Shown piece after piece: positions 18,820-30,843 of a stretch of 64,000 nt of DNA (position 1 is the stretch's first letter; every line of letters starts with the position of its first letter). Made by a program: the position numbers and the translations under genes. Source of the stretch: Escherichia phage EC128. The stretch lies in sequence record ON210139.1. The stretch is one strand, 5' to 3'. Under the pieces are notes generated by a model, which worked only from the letters and a program-made list of their open reading frames with translations, was not told the origin of the DNA and ran no database searches.

Positions 18820-19475
18820 GCTATTCTCTCAAAATAATAAAATACTGTAGGTTGTGTGTGACTATCTAACGTGACAGTTTGCGCACCTAATAATTGCCAA
18901 GTTCCATATCCAGGTTTAGAAGGAGAAATTATTTCTTGTTTGAAAGTAATTCCTTTATCAGAGTATTGCTCTAAGATATGTTCTTGGTTATCTAAATACT
19001 TAACTTGTATTTTATTTCCTATGGTAGGATGGTCTTCAAATGAATCAATTGCAATAAATTTTGCAACCATTTCCTGCAGAGCTGTTCTAACGGCACTGGT
19101 AAATTCTATTGAAGTCATTCCATTAGTAGCTTTAACAGGAATGCCAAACATGTTAACAATAACTGGGTCACCTGGTTTGGCTGAAGTATCATTGACAGTT
19201 CCTTCAAATGACCAATAGTCTGTTTGCTGCACGCCAGTAGGAGATACGCCACTTATATTAACTAATACAGCTCCAACCTGTTGCTCTGCCATATTTCTAA
19301 CATCATTAATAGCAGATTCTACATTTGGGTCATAAAACCCTTTTGCTATTTGTGAAATTGTTACAGCACCTACTGGCTGATTATTCATAACCGAAATATC
19401 ATTTTTCTTAGTTCTAAAACCAAGAAAATCTGCTAAGCGGGAAATAACTCCCGCTTTATTATTAAGTAAACTCAT
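18816..19475 (-). CDS. 11: Baseplate wedge protein gp11 (short tail fibre connector)
   Basis: Start at MSLLNNKAG gives 219 aa, the recalled T4 gp11 length; the track ORF extends 6 codons further upstream. Confidence 0.85.
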   Translation of the reverse strand: MSLLNNKAGVISRLADFLGFRTKKNDISVMNNQPVGAVTISQIAKGFYDPNVESAINDVRNMAEQQVGAVLVNISGVSPTGVQQTDYWSFEGTVNDTSAKPGDPVIVNMFGIPVKATNGMTSIEFTSAVRTALQEMVAKFIAIDSFEDHPTIGNKIQVKYLDNQEHILEQYSDKGITFKQEIISPSKPGYGTWQLLGAQTVTLDSHTQPTVFYYFERIA

Positions 19476-21280
19476 TATGCAATCCTTATCCAACGGTATA
19501 CAGTAATAGACGGTTGAATATTACTAATATTAGCAGGAGGAGTATGTGAAGAGTTTGTTGTTGCGTAGTCTTCACGATATTTTGTATATATAGGACCAGT
19601 TTCATCTGGGTCATATTGGCAACCTCCAATAATAACTGATCCGTTTTCGTCTTCAATTAAAACTCTTTCGTCGGTTTTAGTTGCAGGAAGATTTGCATTC
19701 TCAAGTGTCACTGTTGTTGTTCCAACTGTTCCACCGGCAGTATGTGAAGGATTTCCGCTAGAATCTAAATCATTATTGTTTAATGCAAAGTTTGGATCTG
19801 TAACATCATCATTCCATCCTACTAAAACCTGCCCTTTACCAAATAATTTCCATGAACCAAATCCCATATAAGTCACTGGATTATTTGGATTTATAGCATT
19901 TTCATAAATTGAACCAACAGGATAAATGCTGTCGAAAATAGATGATATTGAATTATACGTTCTAGTATAAGAATCAACTTTTTCAACATTTGGCCAACCG
20001 ATTTTATCAAAATCTGTTAAGGCCACATCACCAGTAACTTCAGTAGATGATCCTTTACTAACATAACGGTCATCAGTCAATTCAATGATGTCATCTTTTT
20101 CTAAAAGAGTTCCTAAATCATTATTGAACCATGTTATAACGATAATGTCACCGGATTCAAATTTTCTATCAAATAAAAGACTGATAGGTTTTCCGTCTTC
20201 ATATTCTATAGAATAATCGGTGTTTGATTCTTTCCATTCGCCGCCAAGAGATATACATCCTTCTTGCGTATCTGAATTAGCACCTTCGCACAAAAACAGA
20301 GGATATCCAGCTGTTCCAGCCTGTTGCTGTAAAATTCCATTAAAACGAACCTCAAGGGAATTAGGATTAATGGGTTCACCAGGAATTAATCCAAATGCAG
20401 AAAATGGAATTGATTTCATCGCCGATAAATCAGTAACGTAAATACTTCCTTCTAATGAAGTCTTTGATGTTAGTTTTGAATCTAGTACTTTTATTTGGCG
20501 TCTTGTATATGAACTTCTCCATTGTGATACACCATCCATAAATGTTTCAATTTGAACGGTGTCACCAATATTACAAGGCTGTCTTAATCGAATATTAAAT
20601 CCATCAAGAGGAACTAATTCGCCTTCATTTTCGCCCGGAGAGCCAAAGTCACTGTTTTCGCTAAATACGTCGCCGTAATACAATTCGTTACCACGATGTT
20701 TTACTCTGATGTTATTGACATTATAACTAGTTCCATTGAAAACATCTAAAAAGTCAGTTTGTCCTTGAACTTCAACTAAAAATTCTTTGCGAGCTACATT
20801 ACTAATATCTGAACTAACAATTTTGTCAATTTGTTTGTTTTTGACATATTCCCAACGTCCTGGAGCGCAATAAACGAGCTCTAAATCACTAAATTGAATA
20901 TTAATTTCAACTGACGATGACGACCCTTTAATCGTATCTCCGGAAGCAGCTACTAGTGTAACTGGGTTGACGTTCCATGTAGCAAATACGTCTCTAGCTC
21001 TAATTACCTTGTTGTAATCATTAACAGTTCCTTTAGGAAGTTGTAGAGTTACTCTTCCAGACGAAGTATTAATGGCATATGATTTTCCCCATTCTGCCGT
21101 TAGTGTTTGTCCAGATGAAGCATCATAAGTTTTCCAGGCACCGGCTGAATATGGAACATCTCCATCACCAAGTTCATAATAAAGTTCATCAAAGTTTTCA
21201 TTTATTTTTATACCACCTTTACGCAGGTAGTCACCGGTACCATCATCAACAACATTACCGATATTAATATTTTGTTTCAT
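19475..21280 (-). CDS. 10: Baseplate wedge protein gp10
   Basis: 601 aa ORF in the T4 position. Confidence 0.9.
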   Translation of the reverse strand: MKQNINIGNVVDDGTGDYLRKGGIKINENFDELYYELGDGDVPYSAGAWKTYDASSGQTLTAEWGKSYAINTSSGRVTLQLPKGTVNDYNKVIRARDVFATWNVNPVTLVAASGDTIKGSSSSVEINIQFSDLELVYCAPGRWEYVKNKQIDKIVSSDISNVARKEFLVEVQGQTDFLDVFNGTSYNVNNIRVKHRGNELYYGDVFSENSDFGSPGENEGELVPLDGFNIRLRQPCNIGDTVQIETFMDGVSQWRSSYTRRQIKVLDSKLTSKTSLEGSIYVTDLSAMKSIPFSAFGLIPGEPINPNSLEVRFNGILQQQAGTAGYPLFLCEGANSDTQEGCISLGGEWKESNTDYSIEYEDGKPISLLFDRKFESGDIIVITWFNNDLGTLLEKDDIIELTDDRYVSKGSSTEVTGDVALTDFDKIGWPNVEKVDSYTRTYNSISSIFDSIYPVGSIYENAINPNNPVTYMGFGSWKLFGKGQVLVGWNDDVTDPNFALNNNDLDSSGNPSHTAGGTVGTTTVTLENANLPATKTDERVLIEDENGSVIIGGCQYDPDETGPIYTKYREDYATTNSSHTPPANISNIQPSITVYRWIRIA

Positions 21281-22146
21281 TATTGAGCCACCCCGATTTT
21301 CTGCGTAGCGATAACTTTAACTGCTGCTCTCATACCGACAGTTGAAGAACTTATAGTCGCCGTTACATAATTTTCTTTAATACTAAATGCAATATTAGCG
21401 ATTTCGTCTTCTTCGGTTTCATTCCCAACCCGCATGACAGCATATTCAGAAGAAATGACCGTTGAATTAACAGTATCTACAAGAATATTTATTTCTGCTG
21501 TTTTAATTTTTCTTCCATCTACCGATTGGCATGTAACTAGTAATTTAGCCATATTGTATTCAGTGCGATGAAATAGTGGAATATCAACTGATCCAGATGT
21601 AGAAATATTCCATGTACCTTCAGCTGGTGATTCCTTTTGGCCAAACATGCTTTCAATAGAATAATTCCAAACTGACGTAGAATTATCAGATGAAATACAA
21701 CGTAAAGTAACTTTACTATATGGGCTAGTTACTACCAAATTACCTGAAACACCTTTAATTGAATCAATTGCTTGAATTGTTAAAGGATTAGTAACTGATA
21801 TCGATCCGTTAGAATTAATGAATTCAACACAGTCACCGAGTTCTCCTCTTTCAATGATAACTTTAACACCAACAGTAGAGGTATCAATATCATGTCTAGT
21901 ACCAACTTTCACCGGAGTTGCGTACTCTGTGATAGAATGCTTTTGATAATATCCAGTAGCATGGATAATTTGGCCGTCAGCACCAGTACCATTTGCTACT
22001 GCCATTTTACGCTGATCGCCAAACGCGTTATAAATTGCATTAAAATCACTATTAATTTTATTACCACCGTCGAATAAGATATCACCAGTAGAAGCGTTAC
22101 CAATTTCGCCGGTATCAATCAATTTCTTTGGTTCTTGAATGAACAT
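21280..22146 (-). CDS. 9: Baseplate wedge protein gp9 (long tail fibre attachment)
   Basis: 288 aa ORF; T4 position and length. Confidence 0.9.
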   Translation of the reverse strand: MFIQEPKKLIDTGEIGNASTGDILFDGGNKINSDFNAIYNAFGDQRKMAVANGTGADGQIIHATGYYQKHSITEYATPVKVGTRHDIDTSTVGVKVIIERGELGDCVEFINSNGSISVTNPLTIQAIDSIKGVSGNLVVTSPYSKVTLRCISSDNSTSVWNYSIESMFGQKESPAEGTWNISTSGSVDIPLFHRTEYNMAKLLVTCQSVDGRKIKTAEINILVDTVNSTVISSEYAVMRVGNETEEDEIANIAFSIKENYVTATISSSTVGMRAAVKVIATQKIGVAQ

Positions 22147-22170
22147 AGCGGTTTCCTTATGAGTTTATAG

Positions 22171-22178
22171 TATTTATA
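22171..22178 (-). promoter_or_regulatory. Late promoter (TATAAATA) for gene 9
   Basis: Reverse complement of tatttata about 25 nt upstream of the gp9 start. Confidence 0.55.
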
Positions 22179-22186
22179 AAGAAAAA

Positions 22187-22204
22187 GGGAGCCCATGGGC
22201 TCCC
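22187..22204 (-). terminator. Palindromic hairpin terminator downstream of gene 8
   Basis: GGGAGCCCATGGGCTCCC perfect palindrome followed by T-rich run on the minus strand. Confidence 0.55.
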
Positions 22205-22209
22205 TTAAT

Positions 22210-23214
22210 TTAAAATGTAAACAGAATATTGATTTCTTCTGTTTGATCCATTGCCATAATAATAGGTGGCCTATTTTCCATATAAATCATTTCGCCCGAA
22301 TGCCTCATTAAATCTTCCGGATCATAGTAATCCTTTTCAGCTTTAACGTTTGGGTCATTTGGATGAGCTTTAGCTTCAAGAGGATTCGTGATTATTGATA
22401 TTTGTCTAAATCCTTTATTTCCTGGCAATGCAGCTTCAGGAAAATAAACTGAATCTAAGTATGCTTTAAAACGAATAGTATTTGCCTTAACCCGGTAAAT
22501 TAATCCAAAATCATCTTGCTGCCAAGTGAGGTTATCTTCATACCCCCATCTAGTCGGGTCTTCTTTTAATTCCTCGGGCCAAGGAACCACGATATATTCA
22601 TTCGTGCATCTGTTTATAGATACATCAGGCGGAATCTCAAAAAGATATTCCCATACATACCCGTCTCCAGGTTCGATTGTTCCTTCCGCGTCTCCTCGAC
22701 CTTCAGGAGGAGTCATTGACCTAACAGAAGGAGTCCATTTTCCACCTAACTTAAGGCATTCATCCTTATTAGTTAAAGACTCAATTGAGCACATTCCGGT
22801 ATCAGGAACATCTAAACAACGATATACTAACCAGCCTGCGCCTGATTCGGTAGCGTTGTAAGGAGCTGAGTTACACACTACAATATCGTTAATTCTAAAT
22901 GTGTATGGATCCGGATATCTAGTATCTCCCCAATCTCTGCGAGGAATAACAGCATCAAGCATTGATGGAAGAACTTTTACTGTTCCCATCATATGAGTCC
23001 ACATGTCAGTTACACCTAATACAGAATCGGTAGGATAAGGTGGGGCAAAGCCCACCTCATTTTCATTTGATGACCACGGTTCTGATCTTCCAAATGTGAT
23101 AAAGATAGTGTTTTTATCCGGACCACTTCCAATTGAATTATAAAAATTCAACATTTTTTCTGTTCTAAATTTTGAAGTAACTATCGCACGATAGATAACA
23201 CTTGAATCATTCAT
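22210..23214 (-). CDS. 8: Baseplate wedge protein gp8
   Basis: 334 aa ORF; T4 position and length. Confidence 0.9.
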   Translation of the reverse strand: MNDSSVIYRAIVTSKFRTEKMLNFYNSIGSGPDKNTIFITFGRSEPWSSNENEVGFAPPYPTDSVLGVTDMWTHMMGTVKVLPSMLDAVIPRRDWGDTRYPDPYTFRINDIVVCNSAPYNATESGAGWLVYRCLDVPDTGMCSIESLTNKDECLKLGGKWTPSVRSMTPPEGRGDAEGTIEPGDGYVWEYLFEIPPDVSINRCTNEYIVVPWPEELKEDPTRWGYEDNLTWQQDDFGLIYRVKANTIRFKAYLDSVYFPEAALPGNKGFRQISIITNPLEAKAHPNDPNVKAEKDYYDPEDLMRHSGEMIYMENRPPIIMAMDQTEEINILFTF

Positions 23215-26200
23215 CTATTTTAACCTGTGTTGGATTTTCAGGGTCTCTTGGATTTCCTATATTATCTTTTAGACGTTTATTAACTAAATCTCTAAATTGC
23301 GCAAATGTTGTTCCAGATGCATCAAATAAAGGACTCATTAATTTACGTCGTTCAGACGGCAATTGACCTTGAAATATTGAATTATTATTTTCAGCATTAT
23401 AGTCATCAGGAAGAGGATATTCTACACCAGCCATTGGGCCAGGCTCATAAATTGCTTCGCCTGTTACCGAATCATGCTCAATTTCACCAGTTGGAGTCAA
23501 TTTAGCTACTCTATCAGCATATTCAGTAGGCAATCCAGAATCCCATTTATAGTTTTTGTATTTATTAATTATAGTCTCTGTGTGTTTAAGAGTTAAACCA
23601 ACATTAATAAACATCGTTAAAAGGGTAATTGCTATAAATCCAAATCCTACTGGATGAACAAAACGAATAACGTCAGATTTCCAACGAGAAGAAGGTAAAT
23701 TGGATTTAATTTTCATTACATAATATGATCGACTTCTATTAATATAGTCTATATTATTTTGAAGCAAATCCTTTCCTTTAACCCCACGAATAATTTCGCC
23801 TTCAAAACTAGGAAGTCTTTCTGCTTTAACTTCTTGACCAGCAATTAATCGTCCCAAAAGATTATGAATAGTTACGGTCCATTGCAATTTACCATTAGAA
23901 TAGCTTCTTTCTATATAAGTAACATTACATCTTCCTGTAGCTGTATAAATCGTTTGTCCTACTAAGTCTTCTGTCAAAGAATCAGATTGAACGATTATAT
24001 CATATTCAGTACCAGCCCCAGATTCAATTTCAATTTCAACTTCTTCATTATAAAGAACTTTAAAAAGAAATTTGTATGATGCTTCAATTCCTTTAGTAGA
24101 ATAAAAATCATAGCTACGTGATTCAAAAAATCTTGCAACAGCATCACGTTTGTCAGCATTTAAATAAATGTTTCTTTTATATATCTCTGACCACAAATAT
24201 TCCCATGCATGCTCTTCTCGTGGATATTGGTTACGAATTAAATTTCGTAAATTATTATACTGAGTTCCATATCCATCAGAAAGATACTGAATATATGCTT
24301 CGCAAAATGCCTCAAAATTAGAATCCTGTAGCAAATAAGAATCAGGCATCATTGTGCCAATCAATGGTCTTAAATCAGGATCAGCTAATCCATGCTCTTC
24401 TTCCGGGGACCAAGGAGTTTCACGCTCTTGGTTTTGTAAAAATGCTTTTAAAAATATTCCAGTTGGCTTCCAAATTATTTCAACCGTGTCTCTCACTCGA
24501 TAGTTAAAATCATAGTAAGAAATTATTTCACCAGAAGATTTATAAAAAAGCATCCCAGACGCATATTTTTTAAATCCTGTGAATTTAACATTTGGCATTA
24601 CTATCGTACAATCACCATCATCCCAGTATTCATGAACTAATCTATCTGGCGATGTTTCCGGAATATTTTCTATAACTTTGGTGTATTTTAAATCAGCATA
24701 AACTACTACAGCTCTATCAGAGTTGTTTATCCAACAACGTGTGTTAGATTTTTTAGACCAGTTAAAGAATGGTTCAGCATAATATTTCATTGGTTGCGGA
24801 GCAAAGGTTTCCCAATCAGACTTTTCATCTGCTATAAATGCCATCATATGATAATGCTTATCAGCTAACCATTCACGAGGAAATTCATATTTAACAGCAC
24901 CGATTAACTGATATTTCGCTGCAGTTTCAGGGTCATTAACAATGTTATCACTTAAAAATTTAAAATTACTCGAAGATAGAGAAACTAATTTACCGTCAGT
25001 TGACATATTCGCATATCCAGGTTGAATACGTCTTCTTTCTTCTTCAGTGTTGCCAAAAACTCTTTTCCACGTTTTTGTATCATGATTTAAAACGTATATT
25101 CCTTTATCATCAGAATCAATTATTTTTGATGTTCTAGGATTAGCATTTAATGTTTCAACTTCACCAATAATAAGAGCAAAAACTTTATCACCGATAGAAT
25201 CCATTTTATAGCATACTGCTTTAGGATTTCCGGTTATAGTCATTGTATCAGGTTCAAAAAGTCTTTCCGAATATGTTGGAGATAATGGATCAGAATCTAT
25301 AGGTGCATTACTCGTTTTTATGTATCTAACTTTGTCTCTGGCGACAACGTAAATGTAATCATCGGTGCAAGTAATAGCTTCAGCTATACGATACACATTT
25401 GCAGGTAATGTAGCATAAGTACCAAAGATTTCAACATCAAATCCCAAATGAAGTTGACCACCAAGTTTAGCGAATGTTATATCCTGCGAACTAAATCTGA
25501 CATCATCAGCTGACCATCTAACATCAGTAGATTTGCGGCCATAGAAAATCTTGTCGTATCCTAGAACGTATGTTGTGCTCGCAGATTGGTAATATACAGT
25601 CTTAGATAAAGGATATCCTACACGGTCATTGAAGAGCTTTACAGCTTTCCAGGTTTGACCTTTATCATTGGATACTTTAACTACAGGTTGATAACGCTCA
25701 AAAAGATATAGAATCCCTTCTGATTCCATCAAATAAACTCGATTAATATCCTTACATACTTGCTGAATAGAACCTTGTATTTCATGATACTCATTTTCAC
25801 CAATAATAAAATTACTTATTGATGAAACATCAGCATATGATGGGCTGAATTGGAATGATTCATTCATCAATGCAGCCATTATAGTGTCATTATTAAAATT
25901 AACATAGTCAGAATTATTAAGAGTAAATTTTTCCTGAATGAATTTATTAGCTAATTGCATTTCAATCATGTTTTGAAATGTATAAGCGTTTGTAGCAAAA
26001 GTTTCAAACTCTTCGGTATAAATCCAATCAGACTGCTCAAAATCCTGTGCAGCTGTAGCTACTCTAATAATGTACGATGTCAATGGATTAGCATTATCAA
26101 AAAAGAAGCTGTTATTTGCAGTATATCCTAAGTTAATCCATCTGTATTGATTACTCGGGAGATTTTCCCCCGAGTTTGTTTTTGTCTCAGCGATTTCTAC

Positions 26201-26305
26201 AAAATAGTAGAAATTAGCACCAACGTCATCCCAGCGTACTTGCACCTGATTTGCGGATAACTTGGAAATTCTGAGACTAGTGACTGAAGGTGCTTTTACT
26301 GTCAT
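23207..26305 (-). CDS. 7: Baseplate wedge protein gp7
   Basis: 1032 aa ORF; T4 position and length. Confidence 0.93.
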   Translation of the reverse strand: MTVKAPSVTSLRISKLSANQVQVRWDDVGANFYYFVEIAETKTNSGENLPSNQYRWINLGYTANNSFFFDNANPLTSYIIRVATAAQDFEQSDWIYTEEFETFATNAYTFQNMIEMQLANKFIQEKFTLNNSDYVNFNNDTIMAALMNESFQFSPSYADVSSISNFIIGENEYHEIQGSIQQVCKDINRVYLMESEGILYLFERYQPVVKVSNDKGQTWKAVKLFNDRVGYPLSKTVYYQSASTTYVLGYDKIFYGRKSTDVRWSADDVRFSSQDITFAKLGGQLHLGFDVEIFGTYATLPANVYRIAEAITCTDDYIYVVARDKVRYIKTSNAPIDSDPLSPTYSERLFEPDTMTITGNPKAVCYKMDSIGDKVFALIIGEVETLNANPRTSKIIDSDDKGIYVLNHDTKTWKRVFGNTEEERRRIQPGYANMSTDGKLVSLSSSNFKFLSDNIVNDPETAAKYQLIGAVKYEFPREWLADKHYHMMAFIADEKSDWETFAPQPMKYYAEPFFNWSKKSNTRCWINNSDRAVVVYADLKYTKVIENIPETSPDRLVHEYWDDGDCTIVMPNVKFTGFKKYASGMLFYKSSGEIISYYDFNYRVRDTVEIIWKPTGIFLKAFLQNQERETPWSPEEEHGLADPDLRPLIGTMMPDSYLLQDSNFEAFCEAYIQYLSDGYGTQYNNLRNLIRNQYPREEHAWEYLWSEIYKRNIYLNADKRDAVARFFESRSYDFYSTKGIEASYKFLFKVLYNEEVEIEIESGAGTEYDIIVQSDSLTEDLVGQTIYTATGRCNVTYIERSYSNGKLQWTVTIHNLLGRLIAGQEVKAERLPSFEGEIIRGVKGKDLLQNNIDYINRSRSYYVMKIKSNLPSSRWKSDVIRFVHPVGFGFIAITLLTMFINVGLTLKHTETIINKYKNYKWDSGLPTEYADRVAKLTPTGEIEHDSVTGEAIYEPGPMAGVEYPLPDDYNAENNNSIFQGQLPSERRKLMSPLFDASGTTFAQFRDLVNKRLKDNIGNPRDPENPTQVKIDE

Positions 26306-28284
26306 TGTGATATAGGCTCCAAATCGATAGTTAAGTATTGTGGACGTAAGTCATTTTCAAATACAATCAGTGAACCATCGCGAGTAAAGATAACATCATC
26401 AGTTGGGTCAGAATATAATTCAATAGTCTGAACTTCAAATTTTTCAGATGTTAAATTAATTTTAGCGATATTCCAATAAATCATGTCAGCTGGATAATTT
26501 ATTTCACCGATAACATAGTATTTGTCGCGTCCATCAGAATTTGCTAATTTGTTAAAATCATTGCCTGTATACGGCTGAATGTTTTCATTTTCTGTAACAT
26601 CGCCAGAAGCAAATGGACCAATAATAACTTTACCGATTCCTTTAGAATCTCGGTCTGTTGATACTATACGAACGTCATATAATACATCTTCTTCTAAACC
26701 AGTATTAGGATTTACAACCTTTCGTCCAGAATTAAATGAAAACGTATTAGATTCCATAGAACGATCTTTTATTTGATTATTGTATTTAATACCCGCTTCA
26801 GGCGTTTTATAGAAGTTTTGTACTTCACGTACCATTTGAATTGTCGCGGATGAGCCAATGATAGAATGATCTGCATCATCTACATATGTCAACATCTTAG
26901 ATTTAGCGAAAGATGAGTTAAAAATTTCTACATCTTCGGTATAATAACGATCAATTTTATCAATTATTTGACCTTCTAGCCACTGTTCTGATTCTTGCAG
27001 CTTATTTAAAGCATATGTGACTTTTAAATTAGTCTTAACAAAAAGATAATTAGGAGAAATAATTGATGGTGTAATAGGAGCTAAATTATAATCTTTGAGA
27101 TAATTTTTAATATCTTCACGTTGTACAGTAGTTAAATATAGTCCTGATTTAGGTTTAGCAGCAATAAATGCATAACCAGGTTTAGTAGAATCAGTGAAAG
27201 TCTGAACCGCTTGAATAATAGAACCGAATCTTTCTGAAACGAATGTGTCATAGTCAGTTGCAGTTACGCAGCGTTGCTGGGTTTCACGTTTAATAGTACC
27301 CAATTCGCGAATACGTTCAATATCTTCTGGATCGCCGCCGCCATCTGCCCCAACAAAATCTGGGTCATCGTTTGGATTTTCATTAATATTGATGACAGTT
27401 ATATTTGTTAATGTATCTGCATATGAAAATCCGACTGCACCATTCGCATCTGCACCGTTAGTACTGATGTACTCAATAACAATCGTAGAGTTCTGGGTAG
27501 GTTTAAGACCTCCAATATAATTAGCAGTCAATGCTCCTTCTGCCGCATTAACAGAAATCTCGCCTTCACCAAAATAAAACTCAGTATTTCCATCAATAGT
27601 TTCACGCATATAGTAAATCGTTGATGTTGAACCAGCATGAACCATTGACTTTCTTGTCCAGTTAATCCATTCTGCTCCATCAACGTATAGTTTAACTTGG
27701 TTTCTATCTATATTTTTGTCATAAATGATAATAGGTGTTAATTTATCATAAATGATTTCAGTTCTTACTATACGTCCCTGGGCTAATTTTAAACGCGGAA
27801 AATATTGGTTATTTTTATCACGAATAGCAATAACGTCTTCGGTAGAAACGAAGTTATATGGATTAACAGAAGTATCTTTTGCATATGCTAAAAAGCGAGT
27901 TCCGCGAGGAATTGTAATGTAATTCCTATTCAATGCGTCGGTGCATGTTAACATAATTTCGGTCTGCGCAGCGGATTTTGAAGTAGGTAAATATCCGTTA
28001 TCTTGTGCAGCTTGAACAACTGAACTTCGTAAGTTAGCAGTACGCATAAAGCTTTCATACACAGCAGCATTACCAAACTGCTGAATGTATAATGTATTAT
28101 AAGCCAAAAGGTCGCACAGAACGTTTAATCTTGAGCCTTCAAAATCATAATCCAAAAATTCATTTTGGCCATTAAGCCATTCAATGAGGTTTTGTTTTAT
28201 TTCAGCAAACGTACCCCCGACGAATATCTCGGGAATAGCATTTGCTGTTCTTGTTAATTGATAATTTACAGGGGTATTTGCCAT
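26302..28284 (-). CDS. 6: Baseplate wedge protein gp6
   Basis: 660 aa ORF; T4 position and length. Confidence 0.93.
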   Translation of the reverse strand: MANTPVNYQLTRTANAIPEIFVGGTFAEIKQNLIEWLNGQNEFLDYDFEGSRLNVLCDLLAYNTLYIQQFGNAAVYESFMRTANLRSSVVQAAQDNGYLPTSKSAAQTEIMLTCTDALNRNYITIPRGTRFLAYAKDTSVNPYNFVSTEDVIAIRDKNNQYFPRLKLAQGRIVRTEIIYDKLTPIIIYDKNIDRNQVKLYVDGAEWINWTRKSMVHAGSTSTIYYMRETIDGNTEFYFGEGEISVNAAEGALTANYIGGLKPTQNSTIVIEYISTNGADANGAVGFSYADTLTNITVININENPNDDPDFVGADGGGDPEDIERIRELGTIKRETQQRCVTATDYDTFVSERFGSIIQAVQTFTDSTKPGYAFIAAKPKSGLYLTTVQREDIKNYLKDYNLAPITPSIISPNYLFVKTNLKVTYALNKLQESEQWLEGQIIDKIDRYYTEDVEIFNSSFAKSKMLTYVDDADHSIIGSSATIQMVREVQNFYKTPEAGIKYNNQIKDRSMESNTFSFNSGRKVVNPNTGLEEDVLYDVRIVSTDRDSKGIGKVIIGPFASGDVTENENIQPYTGNDFNKLANSDGRDKYYVIGEINYPADMIYWNIAKINLTSEKFEVQTIELYSDPTDDVIFTRDGSLIVFENDLRPQYLTIDLEPISQ

Positions 28285-28292
28285 TTTAAATC

Positions 28293-28586
28293 CTATTTAA
28301 TGAATACTTTAGATGATGCCTGAGCCACAGTATCACCGCATGATATTGGATCAGCCATTTGAACAGCTTTCTTTCCAGTGACATATACCTTAGAAGTTCT
28401 AGGTTGTGTCACTCCGCCATGTGTTTCATATGGCTTTTTAATTTCTGTATGTTCTGTAATTGGATCACCTGCTACGAGAACAGCAATTCCTCCAGTGAAT
28501 ACTTTACTTTGTGTGGCATTCACAACTGTTGGAGGCCATGCTTCATGACCAGCAGTAACACACTTATCATAGCTTAATCCTGACAT
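28293..28586 (-). CDS. 5.4: PAAR-repeat spike tip protein gp5.4
   Basis: 97 aa ORF with PAAR-like short beta repeats, downstream of gene 5/5.1. Confidence 0.8.
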
Positions 28587-29144
28587 TTATGGCCTCTCAT
28601 ATACATAGCTTCTCAATTTATTAGCCCAACGACTCCAATTTCCAACTATAGTTTTTGTATAATTTTTAACAAGAGTTTTTCTTATTGGAGCTGGAGGATT
28701 CGTCGGTTCAGTAGTATCAGAAGATGACCTAGAATTACTGCCAGAACCTCCAGATTCACCTTGTTCTTGGTAGTCATATATCAATGTTACTTCGTAAGTG
28801 AATGTCTTCTGGAGGTTCTGAGGAGCTTTCCATAGATATAACTGAGTATTAGAATCAGTTGGAAGGTCTTCCCATGAAGCAGCGGTTTTAAATTCATTAT
28901 CTAAACGATATTTCAACGCATCATTTCCAAATCCAAATACAGATTCATACGTTCCATATAAACGATTTTCTTCTACTAAAACCCCAGGAGTTTCTTCGTA
29001 ACTAGTTATATTTATAGATACTAACGTTTCACCTGTTTCTAATTGAGCGGTAAAGGTGACGTCGATAGAAGAACCTTCTATGGATTCTCCTAAATCAGCG
29101 CTCATTGGAAGTATATTAGCCAATGTCAATCCTCGATCCATCAA
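28587..29144 (-). CDS. 5.1: Hypothetical protein gp5.1
   Basis: 185 aa ORF overlapping the 3' end of gene 5, T4 position. Confidence 0.7.
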
Positions 29145-30843
29145 TTGTGTATTGACCAGATGAAATAGAACTCATAGATGCCATTTTTTCTGTCCAATCA
29201 CCACCAACGTCCCAATCAACTGTCCCAGCAACTTTCCAAGAAAGATTTCCATTTACTGTGTTAGTTTGATTTCCTTCAACTAAAGTGGTAGCATCTCCTT
29301 TAACTGTAATGTCAGCATTACCTTCAACTACAATAGTAACATTACCTTTGACTAGGATAGTTCCATTACCTTCAACCGTCTTAGTTTCATCGCCACGCAC
29401 AAATATTGTATTGCTTCCATCTATCTGGTGAAGACGATTATCCATGTTGTAATAAATTTCTGATCCACCGACGTTAGTCTTTTTATCACCGGCTACCAAA
29501 AAATTACCGTCAGCGTTGGTTATATCATACAAATTATCAACAGTTTTTCTTGTTCTTCTTCCTGACGGTGATACTTCCTCATATGTTCCAGTAGGATGAA
29601 CTAATCTGTATCGTTCTTGTCCCGGGGTATCGTCAAATTCCTGAATATGACCGCTTTCAGTTTCCATTGTGTGAACATACGGATATTCACCTTTATATGA
29701 AGAAACAGGTTCTTTAAATAAAATTCTCGAATCATTCGGAATAGGAGGGTCAGCTGGATCAGAAGACTTTGCTACAGCAGCAGCCATTGCTGACAAAGAC
29801 CTAGCCGGTGTTTTCACTTCAACACCATATGATTCCAAATTCCCCGTAAGAATAATCATGGTAACACGGGATGCACGGCCTTTTGTTTGTTGATACCACA
29901 ATGAATCACGACCGGCTTTATATGCTTTTTCCCAATCTCCTGCTAACATAGCAGTTAACATTGTGTTAAATTTAGCTACACCGCCAACACCCATCTGAAA
30001 TGCCATATTTTCTAATGCCATTTGGCGAGAACGGTTGACAGCTTGCCAGACTGGTCCTACTTTAGAATGTGATTTAATGTCGCGTTGCATATCAGCCAAA
30101 TCACGTTCAAATAGAGTCGTCGCCTCTTCCATTGTAATAGAACCTGGGTTTCCAGTAATTTCACGACCAACTTGTTTCGATAAAACTTTATTAATTTGAG
30201 CCATATCACGAACTGGCTGCTTCATGATAAGATGACCAATACCAATTGTCGGATATCCTTCAGTATCCCAATAAACTTTTAGTCTTAATCCTTCATCACG
30301 GCGAAGCATTTCAGCCATTGACATATTTGGATTATCATCAGTTGGAATCTCTGATAGTGGTCTATCATCGGGATTTATTGCGGTGTCTAAGTTACTATCT
30401 TGAATAACATTAGAAGAGGAATCATATCCTACATCACCACCTTGGTTTAATACGTTCGTATCATTTCCTAAACGTCTAGGATATTGCCCAGTTGGGTCAG
30501 AAAATCCTTCAAGTCTATTCGGTTTTTCGCGAACTATTCCACCATACGTGCCAAGGACAATTCCGTTAGTTTTCCATTTGTCTAAAAAATGACCATAAAC
30601 TCTAGTTCCTTCTACCGGTCCAGTAACAGAACCTCCAATTCCAGACATTGCTGCAGAAGTTATAGGTTGAATAACTGACATCCATGGTAATTTTTCAGTT
30701 GGAATACCCATTACATCACCTTGCGCTCTTTGTGGTGGATGCAGACCAACCACACGAACACGAACACGACCTAATTTTAATGGGTCCATTCTATCTTCAA
30801 CAACACCAACAAACCAATTAAGGTTATTACTTATCATTTCCAT
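29116..30843 (-). CDS. 5: Baseplate hub / cell-puncturing protein gp5 with tail lysozyme domain
   Basis: 575 aa ORF; internal lysozyme domain (LRRDEGLRLKVYWDTEGYPTIGIGHLI) paralogous to gene e; C-terminal beta-helix repeats. Confidence 0.95.
   Translation of the reverse strand: MEMISNNLNWFVGVVEDRMDPLKLGRVRVRVVGLHPPQRAQGDVMGIPTEKLPWMSVIQPITSAAMSGIGGSVTGPVEGTRVYGHFLDKWKTNGIVLGTYGGIVREKPNRLEGFSDPTGQYPRRLGNDTNVLNQGGDVGYDSSSNVIQDSNLDTAINPDDRPLSEIPTDDNPNMSMAEMLRRDEGLRLKVYWDTEGYPTIGIGHLIMKQPVRDMAQINKVLSKQVGREITGNPGSITMEEATTLFERDLADMQRDIKSHSKVGPVWQAVNRSRQMALENMAFQMGVGGVAKFNTMLTAMLAGDWEKAYKAGRDSLWYQQTKGRASRVTMIILTGNLESYGVEVKTPARSLSAMAAAVAKSSDPADPPIPNDSRILFKEPVSSYKGEYPYVHTMETESGHIQEFDDTPGQERYRLVHPTGTYEEVSPSGRRTRKTVDNLYDITNADGNFLVAGDKKTNVGGSEIYYNMDNRLHQIDGSNTIFVRGDETKTVEGNGTILVKGNVTIVVEGNADITVKGDATTLVEGNQTNTVNGNLSWKVAGTVDWDVGGDWTEKMASMSSISSGQYTIDGSRIDIG

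Noticed and set aside
29116-30843. Second lysozyme-like sequence (LRRDEGLRLKVYWDTEGYPTIGIGHLI) resembling gene e
   Set aside because: Not a duplication artefact; the baseplate hub gp5 carries its own lysozyme domain in T4-type phages.
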